A stretch of 46,136 bases of DNA, counting the filler, from Catajapyx aquilonaris (taxonomy: Eukaryota): assembly GCA_000934665.2 (NCBI GenBank). It is 2 parts of 2 records of this genome, joined end to end, with 100 filler letters (N's around TTAATTAATTAA, not from the genome) between each part and the next. Parts side by side here need not be neighbours in the genome. Positions count along the whole stretch, not along the records: positions 23,229 to 46,136 come from JYFJ02005793.1; 1 more part is not named here. One strand, written 5' to 3'. A program made the translations under genes and the position numbers. This document shows, piece after piece, positions 27,122-36,849 of this stretch; within the stretch, counting starts at the first letter, position 1; every line of letters starts with the position of its first letter. The notes below the pieces were generated by a model that saw only the letters and a list, made by a program, of their open reading frames with translations, was not told where the DNA came from and did not search any database.

Positions 27122-29051
27122 ACCACACAACAGCTCTTTCCAGAGCCACCAAGTTCGCTGAAAGAAATGCAGATGGTGGTGGCCACAATAGAGGCATTGA
27201 CATGGGAAAGGTCACAAGTCACACAGAATCCCTGAAAAATAAAGAGTAGCGTACATTTTAATGTGAAATTCTTACTTGAAATTTTCATGACTCGGTAACA
27301 AAATCCAATGATAAGAAAGCTTTTGTGTAATAAAATCTGCTTCATGGTGTTCTCCAAACTGTTTCTTTTCCTAGCACATGTAACAATAAATTTTTGTGAC
27401 TTAATATGACATTATTTTCACATGTCAATGCCTCACCCAATTGTTGTCCGGCAATATAAAGTTCCGACGGGTGGTATTTTCAACCAGTGGCAGTGGCTTC
27501 CATGGCTACGGGTAAAACCATTTTCTTCCAGGCTGACCGACCCTTCAGCCACCATTCAACAGGAACGTTCCATCCAACCTAACATGCCAAGCTGACATTT
27601 TACACGATGGAAATAACCAAGTAACTCCTGTAGCAGTTTAGCACAAAAATGTAACATTGGACTAGTAATTTTGGATGACCCTGAATGAACATTCGCCTTC
27701 TTCACAAGGGTCAATGACCTTCGATGCCTCACATATAATCGGGTCATATAGAAGCTAAGAATATAGCGAGCACCAAAAATATCTATAATTTCCTTCAGTC
27801 TGTTTATGTCTTTTCCATTTGGATGCTGGGGACTCAGGGGAAAACACATTAAACAGATGCTCCTGCTCTTATCAGGTTCATAGTGGGTGGCACTCATTCC
27901 AGCCCGTCCCGCTGCCCTCAGCAAAATCCTCGCATTCAACCCACCCCAGCAACCATTCGAAACCGATAAGCGATGGCTACGATGTTTTCGGATTACGAAT
28001 CATAAATGGAACAAGATCGAAGATGGCCGCCTTTTTGGAACGAATCTTCAACCCCACCCACTTTCCACCCCTCCCAAAGCGGCATAGCCCGGCATCAGGT
28101 TCGCCCCGGGGCAGCATAGGGTAAAGCGAAGGGTCTTACCTGCACGAAACTAGTCTAGGACCCAGGGCAGAGCACGGGGCAGAGTCTGGGAGCAGGAGAC
28201 GTCAGGAAACACAACCTAACCCAACCGGAGCCAACTTTTTTTCTGCCCAGAACAAGCGGTGCTGCGTTGCCACATTGGCTCGATTACAATAAAAAAATAT
28301 TGTGACGTATTAATATGTTAATGGCTGTGTGCGGTATGTTCATGATTTTTAACATTGAAATTGAGTATCAGTTTGTTAAAAAAATATTTATTTTTAAAGA
28401 AAACAGTAGTTGAGAGATGATAGCCAATCATATTGTGACGGTGTGGTCCTTCGCCAATGACGAGCCAGCGAAAATCCGAGAGAACAAGCGGTGCTGCGTT
28501 GCCACATTGGCTCGATACAATAAAAAATCTGTTCTGACCAAGGTTCTGACGCATTAATGAGTTAGTGGCTGTGTGCGGTATGTTCATGATTTCTAACATT
28601 AAAATTGAGGCTTAGTTTCTTACAAAATTATTTATTTTAAAAGAAAACAGTAGATGATAGGTGATATCCAATCATATTGTGACACCGTGTGGTCCTTAGC
28701 CAATGGCGAGCCAGCGAAAATCCCGCCTTTTTTTGCGATGTTGCCATGTGTACGCGATGCCAGGGGTTATTCGGGGTCATTCAGATAAATTATTAATAAA
28801 TCAATAATGAGATCCCATGATAATTAACTAGTTTTCAGAGGTGACTTTGGGCATTGCGGGAAACTTATTCAGGTCTATAGCCGTCTCCATCTTGCACAAA
28901 AGTACAATATGATTGTTCTCAATTTTAGAACAAACATACTCTTAAACAACGGCATGCCTAAGTGCATGCGCTTACTGATATAAATTACCCAATGCTCAAA
29001 AGTCATTATGCGAAGAATGACGCAAGACAACCTGATTAGCCTTAATTGACT
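27122..29051. repeat. Tandem segmental duplication, copy 1
   Basis: Collinear with 29052-31720 from ACCACACAACAGCTCTTTCC to CCTGATTAGCCT..TGAC. Contains an extra internal duplication of about 232 bp (28249-28480 / 28481-28723). Confidence 0.95.
28140..28730 (-). promoter_or_regulatory. Candidate CCAAT-box promoter and non-coding first exon (copy 1)
   Basis: Multiple CCAAT/ATTGG boxes between 28274 and 28706, a GC-rich exon-like stretch ending at a CAG|GTAAG donor (28140) and a YY1-like AAGATGGC near 28020. The equivalent donor in copy 2 is at 31041. Confidence 0.5.
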
Positions 29052-29086
29052 ACCACACAACAGCTCTTTCCGGAGCCACCTAGTAT

Positions 29087-29130
<44 letters not shown>

Positions 29131-31720
29131 AACAACAACACCATCACGACATTAAGGGGTAGTCAGCGATGACGGGAGCCACAAGCTAACCCAAAATATG
29201 AACTAAATTAAAAATGGTGAAAATCAGCCTATAAACCACCCATATAACACCGCCCCCCCCTGTCCATCTCACAAGTCAGACAACAAACTCTCAATATTAA
29301 ATGTTAAATATAAATATTACACGACTCAGCAACGACTCTGAGGTGGTTGAGAGGATTAAGGTTGAGCAACTTCCTGCATTAGGTTTGGAATATCAACAGC
29401 TAGTTTCTGATAGATTGATAGAAGGGAACAAGACAGTTAAGTCCTTAGAAGAGGCCTGGGATTGTTTCAAGTCCTCCTTAGTGAGTAGTGCTGTTGATAT
29501 TTGTGGTATGGCTAAGGTGGATTGTAAGAAGGGGGATCGTTGGTGGAACGAGGAGGTGGCTAAGGCTGTTAATCGTAAGAAGGAGGCTTACTTAGGAATG
29601 CTGCAGGGTAGTGTCCCTGCAGGGGAATATAGGTTTTGGAAGCGGGAGGCAGCGCGGGTTGTTAGGGAGAGTAAGAAGCAGGTAGATCTTGAGGAGAGTG
29701 AGAGGCTGGAGAAGGCCTTCAAGGAGGATGAGATGTCTTTTTGGAAGACTGTTAGGAGGTTAAGAACTGGCCATGGGGTTAGCGTAGTGGGTGTGAAGGA
29801 TAAGAAGGGTGACATTCTATGGGATGGAGAAGACGCGAAAGGTCGTTGGGGAGAGTATTTTAAGGACTTGCTGTCAGCAAGTAATAAGGCCAGTGTTGAT
29901 GTATCTGTTAGCTTAATTGGGGATGTTGTACCAAGTAATGATGGTTGTGGGGATATTGTTAAGAAGGAAGTTGCAGCTGCTGCTTTAGAACTTAAACTAG
30001 GGTTCAGTGTCTTAAGGGTGTTGCTAGTGTTAAGCCGAGACGTTCACCTAGAATGCTGAAAGAAATTCAGATAGTGGTGGCCACAATAGAGGCATTGACA
30101 TAGGAAAGGTCATAAGTCACAAAGAGAATCCCTGAAAAATATAGAGTAGCGTACATTTTAATCTGAAATCCATACTTTCAAGACTTCAAGTTTTCATTAC
30201 TCTCTCTAACAAAATTCAACAATAAGAAAGCTTTTGTGTAATAAAATTTGCTTCATGGTGATCTCAAAACTGTTTCTTTTCATAGCCCATGTAATAATAT
30301 ATTTTTGTGACTAATGACCTTTCCCATCGTAATGTCTCAATATTGTTGTACGGCAATATAAAGTTCCGAGGGATAATTAGTGCATGGCATTTTCAACCAG
30401 TGGCTTCCATGGCCACGGGTAAAACCATTTTCTTCCAGACTGACCCTTCAGCCACCATTCAACAGGAACGTTCCATCCAACCTACAATGCAAAGCTGACA
30501 TTTGCCCAATGGAAATAACCAAGCAGCAGCTTAGCACAAAAATGTGACATGTGTAATTTTCGTTCACCCTTGTATGAACATTCGCCTTCTTCACCAGGGT
30601 CAATGACCTTCGATGCTTCACATAATAATTATAATCGAGTCATAGTGGCTATAGAAATGTAGTGAGCAGCAAAATTATCTACACAATTTCCTTCAGTCTA
30701 TTTATGCCTTTTCCCCTTCCTGGGATGACATGTCTTGGGGAAGGGGAATAAAAGACATAAACTGACTGCAGTTCTTATCAGGTTCGCAGTGGGTGGCACA
30801 TTCCAGGCGGTTCCAGGCAGTCGCTGCCCTCAGCAAAATCCTCGCATTCAACCCGCCCCAGCAACCGATAAGCGATGGCTACGATGTTTTCGGATTACAA
30901 ATCATAAATGTAACAAAATCGAAGATGGCCGAATTTTGGAACAAATCTTCAGCCCCACCCACTTTCCACCCCTCCCAAAGCGGCATAGCCCGGCATCAGG
31001 TTCGCCCCGGGGCAGCATAGGGCAAAGCGAAGGGTCTTACCTGCACGAAACTAGTCTAGGACCCAGGGCAGAGCACGGGGCAGAGTCTGGGAGCAGGAGA
31101 CGTCAGGAAACACAACCTAACCCAACCGGAGCCAACCTTTTTCTGCCCAGAACAAGCGGTGCTGCGTTGCCACATTGGCTCGATTACAATAAAAAAAAAC
31201 TATTGTGACGCATTAATGTTAATGGCTGTGTGCGGTATGTTCATGATTTTTAACATTAAAATTGAGTATTAGTTTGTTACAAAATTATTTATTTTTAAAG
31301 AAAACAGTTGATGATAGGTGATAGCCAATCATATTATTGTGACGGTGTGGTCCTTAGCCAATGGCGAGCGAGCGAAAATCCCGCCTTTTTTTTGCGATGT
31401 TGCCATGTGTACGCGATGCCAGGGGTTATTCGGGGTCATTCAGATAAATTATTAATAAATTAATAATGAGATCCCATGATAGTTAACTCGTTTACAGAGG
31501 TGACTTCGGGCATTGCAGGAAACTTATTCAGGTCTATAGCCGTCTCCATCTTGCACATCAGTACGATTGTTCTCAATTTTAGAACAATCGTACTTGTGTG
31601 ACAGAATCTTAAAAACAATGGCATGCGTAAGTGCATGAGCTTACTGATATAAATTACCCAATGCTCAAAAGTCATTATTGCGAAGAATGTTGCAAGAAAA
31701 CCTGATTAGCCTGAAGTGAC
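29052..31720. repeat. Tandem segmental duplication, copy 2 (interrupted by LINE)
   Basis: Same sequence as copy 1 except for the 29084-30044 insertion and the absence of the internal 232-bp duplication. Confidence 0.95.
29084..30044. mobile_element. Truncated, 5'-inverted RTE-like non-LTR retrotransposon insertion
   Basis: Flanked by a 7-bp TSD CACCTAG (29077-29083, 30045-30051) and absent from duplicate copy 1. A (GTT)n tail lies on the minus strand at 29088-29140. The plus-strand ORF fragment (about 29335-30000) has RWWNEEVAKAVNRKKEAY...VKDKKGDILWDGEDAKGRWGEYFKDLL...EVAAAALELKLG, typical of the endonuclease-RT linker. Confidence 0.85.
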
Positions 31721-32246
31721 ATTGTTGGAAACTTTCTCGTACATGGGATGAAGAATTCTGGACCATCGGATGGCATTTGGTTGCTCATGTAGCATCACCA
31801 GATTTGGGCAGAATGTTGGATCTCATTCAGAAAATAACAGTACCTTTACAGGGCACATCAATCATGGCACAGTAACTAAATTTGCAATATTTAAAAAATT
31901 ACTCTCTAACGAAACATCTCGAAGATTGCAGCCAGTCCAATTTTCATACCGTTTCACATCCATGCTTGCCTCTAGTATCCCACCCGTGAAGATGCAGTTT
32001 TGCATTCCTACAGGGCATTCCTCATGCACATGCATTATGTACCTTTTGGAAGTGTCAACTCATAGGCAACAAGTTGGACAGAGGGCAGAAGAAAAGAACG
32101 TATTCAGTGATAAATTTGTCTCCATGCATAAAATCTTACAGAGAATCACTGTATGTTGTACAAAAATTTATACCATACATTAACAATTAAGCAGTCACCT
32201 TTTTGTGCCGTACACATACGTAACAGTTCCAGCACTTTTTTTTTCT

Positions 32247-32962
32247 TCACCCTGTGATCACTTTATGGATAGCTGCTGTCTCTTCCTTGGACAGAGGCTT
32301 CAAATTGAATCCAACTATCTCTGGCTTCATCTCAGCATCCTGAAGGTGGTTCATTTCCACCTTCAGTTCTTCACGTAGTTTGCCTATCTCCACACCCAAC
32401 TGACTGTGATCTGCAGGAGAATACATTGTTATGTTATTCATGTAGCGATGTAGGTAAGGACATAATCCAGGTGTATGGTCAGTTGCTTTATTTCAAGATA
32501 TTAGATGCTGAGAGGTTGCTCCCAAGTCCACATAATGGAAATGGCTCATCATACTGAATTAGATATCTAAATTAGTCATGAGTAACTTGTCCAGCCAGTT
32601 TTCATCAGTTGATCTAATTTTCTTCTTCCGACACTCCCCAGGCCCCCAGCCCCACAAAAAACATAAACACATTCAGTCAAGAGGGTGTTAAGAGAGAGAT
32701 GTACTGTACCTTTCTTCAGCATATCCTTTGCCTTGGTTGCAGGAACTTTAACAAACAGTTGCCCCATAGCCATCCAGACCTTTCCGTTTGATGGGGCACC
32801 CTCCTTTCCCATGCCCTCCAATTGCCGAACAGCCTCCCTTGTCTTGTTCCGTCTTCTGTCAAGAGCAATCAGATCTTCCTTGTCTGTCAAAATCCCTTCT
32901 GCTATGCGCTCAATTTCAGTCATGCGATTCAGCAAAAGATTTACATCGTCTAACGCCTCCAT
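32247..32962 (-). CDS. PDRG1: p53 and DNA damage-regulated protein 1 (prefoldin-like), 138 aa
   Basis: Exons 32962-32710 and 32410-32247 (phase 1). MEALDD...EIERIAEGILTDKEDLIALDRRRNKTREAVRQL...KVWMAMGQLFVKVP...DHSQLGVEIGKLREELK...GFNLKPLSKEE matches the PDRG1 pattern. An in-frame TAA lies upstream of the ATG. A probable 5'UTR exon has donors near 34030-34037. Confidence 0.9.
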
Positions 32963-33113
32963 CTCTTCCGTACGTTTCTTGTTCAGCTCCCCCTTACAAC
33001 TTCACCTGCAATACTGAAACAAAAATATATTTTTCATTAGCACCAAAAATAGTACCATACAAGTCATGTCCTGCAGATTACCTCTCTTACTGGTAACAAT
33101 CTTTCCAACAAAG

Positions 33114-33949
33114 AATTATCCCAAAAACACTTCATATGGAATTTTTAAAAAATAGTAAGAACTAGGTGACAGATAGAAATTACTTAAACAATACGGGGCC
33201 GCGTAAGAGCTACACCATACGGGTTAAATGTAACCCAGAGGTCTTACGCATTTTACGAAATAAAATAAATAGATGGTGTATGCAAATGTCGCTGCATCTA
33301 ACGCATCTATATTATGTAACAAATTTAATCACTATAATTATATGCGCATCTCAACCATCCATTTATGCACATCTCAACCTTACAGCCAATCAATCAACAA
33401 TCACCAGCTTCTCAACCATTCAATTAACTTTTCTACAAACAAGCTCATGAAACAATGGATCGAACACTGGGAAATAGATGTATACCTGCAGAACAACCAA
33501 ACAATCAACAACAACAAAAAATTCAACAATCGCATGCTTCTGTCTTCATGCCAGCAGATATATTAAACTTGAGGCAGACGACAAGTTGACCGGCAACCTG
33601 GCAGATCGACAGAGCGGTAGCAAGCACCTGAACAGACTGCGAGAGCTAGGATACCTCGAGATGAACAGCAGGCCTCGAGACAGTTTTGACACTAGGTGTT
33701 GGATGCCGTGTCATGCTGCGTCAAAACATGGACTTACACGAGGGGTTGGTGAACGGCTCCATGAGCACTGATGCCTTGACCAACACCATCTATTTATTTT
33801 ATTTCGTAAAATGCGTAAGACCTCTGGGTTACATTTACCCTTATGGTGTAGCTCTTATGCGGCCCCGTCTTGTTGAAGTAATTTCTATCCGTCACCTAGC
33901 TCTTACTTTAAAAAAAAAAAAATCCGTAGGAAATGTTTTTGGGATAATT
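33114..33949. mobile_element. Non-autonomous element with ~165-bp terminal inverted repeats in the PDRG1 5' intron
   Basis: 33114 to about 33279 is the reverse complement of about 33783-33949 (e.g. GGTCTTACGCATTTTACGAAATAAAATAAATAGATGGTGT / ACACCATCTATTTATTTTATTTCGTAAAATGCGTAAGACC). Confidence 0.9.
33525..33770 (+). pseudogene. Pif1-family (SF1B) helicase fragment, frameshifted
   Basis: From 33665 it reads TAGLETVLTLGVGCRVMLRQNMDLHEGLVNGSM, matching the Pif1 motif LxxGxxVMLxxNxDxxxGLVNG. Upstream frames give FNNRML and YIKLEADD. Confidence 0.75.
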
Positions 33950-34049
33950 GCAGCTATTTTTTTGACAAAGGAACTTGAACATGTAGTGTAACTAATAATT
34001 AATGTACAAATTTGTTTTAAAGGAATTACCTGTTACCTCCGTGTTAACC

Positions 34050-34495
34050 AACATGTCGGCCACTTCTCAAATCCCAATGTGAGGGTGAGATTCGATACGA
34101 AATAAGTCAGCACGCCAAAGATTCTTCGCCAAAAAAATTAGATCAACGTGCTCGATCGCAAAAAAGACGCCATCTTGCTGAAAAAAACCTTTGCGTCTGA
34201 CAACAACAGTTTAAATTTGGAATAATATAGCGAATATGGACACAATTAAGGTTTTAATTATTTTATTTAACATTTTTTTAACGCGATAATTTAACTGAAT
34301 ATCTGCACTTTTTTTTGTAACTGTTGCCCATCTGGCAACCTTTTGTTGACGGCAGATATAAACAAAAGGGCGGGCTCTTTTATTTCCATCCATATCGATC
34401 GGTTGATCAATATAAAAATTATTAAGAACGAATCCTGGTTATGAATAAGAGTGGAAAAGCATCTGGATAGGGTCGATTGGTTTAAGTGGAGGGTA
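34050..34495. promoter_or_regulatory. Probable bidirectional promoter between PDRG1 and the TEX47-like gene
   Basis: Head-to-head arrangement in under 500 bp, with YY1 motif CGCCATCTT near 34167 and DRE-like TATCGAT near 34393. Confidence 0.5.
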
Positions 34496-35706
34496 ATGGG
34501 GGACGATTATTCCCTGATCATCACTCCGGAGATGGTGATGACGGAGTGGGAAGAGAAGCTGAATGTGAAGCTGAGGAAGAAGGCAGCAGCCAAGAAGGCA
34601 AAGGTCAAGGGACCAGGACCAAGCTACTCCAATCTTGTTGTCAGAAAGAACTGGCACGATACCACAGAGAAGAAAAGGCTTGCCACCTGGAAGGTATAAT
34701 CAATTTATTATAATAATATATGAGAAGCAGCAGAACTTCAATACGCAATTGATAAGTTTTACATTTTCCATCATAGAGGAATGATTTGTTTCGAGCAATC
34801 ATTGTTGGCATCCACCGCGGTACTGGAGATGAGTTTTGTAGCCATGTAGACCGCATGATTCGCCCGCTTGCTGCAAAATACTCAAACGATGCTCCAACTG
34901 GGATACTACTCACCCAAAATGGCCGGTTCATACATATTCTTGAGGTAATTTCAATGATGAGCCATTAGCTTTCATATAGACGATATAGTCCTGTACGACT
35001 TTGTCATTACGCAGGGGATGGAGAGCATGTTGACGGAGTTCATGAAGCTGGCCAACGATGACCTTCAAGCTGAGGATTCAATGCATGAGAAAGCGGTTGT
35101 GGTCTGGTACTGGAACAACCTTATTGAGGTTAGTGTTTGTTGCACTGATGGCTCGTATAACGTGGTTTGTTAACAATATGGGGGATTCTTGCCACAGCGT
35201 GTTGTGAAAAGGTGGGTTGCATGCAGCATGGGGGACATCCCAGGCATCCATCTCAACCCTAAGGATCTCGACCTGAAGACAGTCATTATCGAGTTTGTCA
35301 AGACGCTTATGAAGATGTCCTACATAATAGGACAGCAACCTGTTGTAAATACACTTTGGCACATGAGTGTCGTTGTTCAAGTATTGTGTGCAAGTCATAT
35401 TGTTGACTGCTCTTATTACAGTTACTGGCACGAGATTACATGGAAAAACAGCCACGTGAGCTTTTAGTCCTATATCCACAGGCCAGCATCGTTGACTATT
35501 TCATGTTGCAAAAGGACATACTCACCATCCCAAGTTTCTTGGCAACTTATAACGCCATACAGGAGGTTGAGTACTATGGAGGTATGACATGGCCTGTCTC
35601 CTACACGTTTTAATTGCAGTCATTTCAAGTACTTTAATCTTAACCGTCTTGCCTCATTTCAGATTTGGTTGATCCACTGCCATGCCGCCGGTTCCCTTAT
35701 GATTAA
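34496..35706 (+). CDS. TEX47: TEX47-like protein with BLUF-like domain, about 276 aa
   Basis: Exons 34496-34693, 34777-34944, 35015-35128, 35198-35344, 35422-35581 and 35663-35706 are all GT-AG and stay open. Motifs PTGILLTQNGRFIHILEG and LYPQASIVDYFMLQKDILTIPSFLATYN resemble the TEX47 family. The gene structure is more certain than the name. Confidence 0.7.
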
Positions 35707-36106
35707 ACAGGTCATGACATTGTATGACACAGTGGTCATAAATTATTGTGACGCTTTACTTATTCTGAAAGTGACATACGTACACCATATTTATTGCTCT
35801 GCTGCATAATAAACTTGCCTACTATTACTTAATTGACATTTTAGAGATACTTATTGCTTGTAGTTGAAGCTCAGGAACATGATTTTTGGCATATTCATTA
35901 TTGTAACGTTAGTTCTAAATTCACATGAAAATATCCAGTGGGAATAAAGAAATTATGCAATTACACACTACAAATGCACCTTTAGTTAAAACGCTGTGAA
36001 AGAAAATGTGACGTGGAAAATAAATCATGACATGAAGTATTACAGTAAACAATACAAAGGTGATGTCTACGACCTCTGCTGGAAAATATAGGGGCAGAAG
36101 TGAATC

Positions 36107-36849
36107 TTACTCGGATTCAGAATTGGTAGAAGACGAGTTGCTCTCGTTCTCAATAACATCATCGGAGTCTGAACCATCACTCTCTGAGTAGTCTTCTGAT
36201 CCGGATGTGGATTCTCTTTTTTTAGCCTGAAAGGGCGAAAGTAAACTTGTGAGTAATTTCCTGTCACTCAGGGCTTATCAACAGATAGCGCAACTGCTGC
36301 GTCTGTGGAGTGACGACCAGGAACGTTGTCATATAATACCTTTCTAATTTTTTTCAGGTGCTTGAAGATGTGGTCAACAACCAAGTTATGGTTCTTTTGG
36401 TTAGCCAAGCTTGCCGGTGTCTTTTCCTTATCATTTTGGGCCTCTGCTGCAGCTCCGTATTGCAGCAGCAGCTTGACCACCATGAGATTTCCGAACTCAG
36501 CCGCCAAGTGCAGCGGAGTGTCGCTTGTGTTGTTCTGGATGTCCACGTCCGCCTTCTTCTCCAGGAGCAGCCGGCAGATCTGCACGCTGCCCTTCTCCGC
36601 TGCCTCATGCAGAGGAGCCCTTCCGTACATGTCTTGGGCATTCACATCAGCTCCATTCTCAATAAGGACCTTGCACGTGGAAACACTCTTAACTCGAGAT
36701 GCAACAATCAGTGGTGTGGCATCGTAACTGTCACGCTCATCCACATCATCAGCGTACTTCAGGAACATTTTTACGTTCCTTGAATTGCCATTAGCAGCAG
36801 CAATATGCAGGTCACTCAGACTCTGTGCCAAACTGTTTTCATCAGACAT
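36107..36849 (-). CDS. Ankyrin-repeat protein (about 4 repeats) with acidic Ser/Asp/Glu C-terminal tail, about 209 aa
   Basis: Exon 36849-36340 has LHIAAANG, TPLIVAS, APLHEAAEKG and TPLHLAAEFG. It splices (AAG|GTATTA; ctttcAG) in phase 0 to exon 36226-36107 (AKKRESTSGSEDYSESDGSDSDD...SESE*). A likely 5'UTR exon ends at 37172 (GTGAGT donor). Confidence 0.85.

Noticed and set aside
28875..29147. Poly-Leu signal-peptide-like ORF
   Set aside because: It is simply the translation of the LINE (GTT)n tail.
36340..36849. Horizontal transfer of the ankyrin module from an endosymbiont
   Set aside because: The single-exon repeat region and local GC shift are only suggestive. Ankyrin repeats are ubiquitous and the gene has spliceosomal introns.
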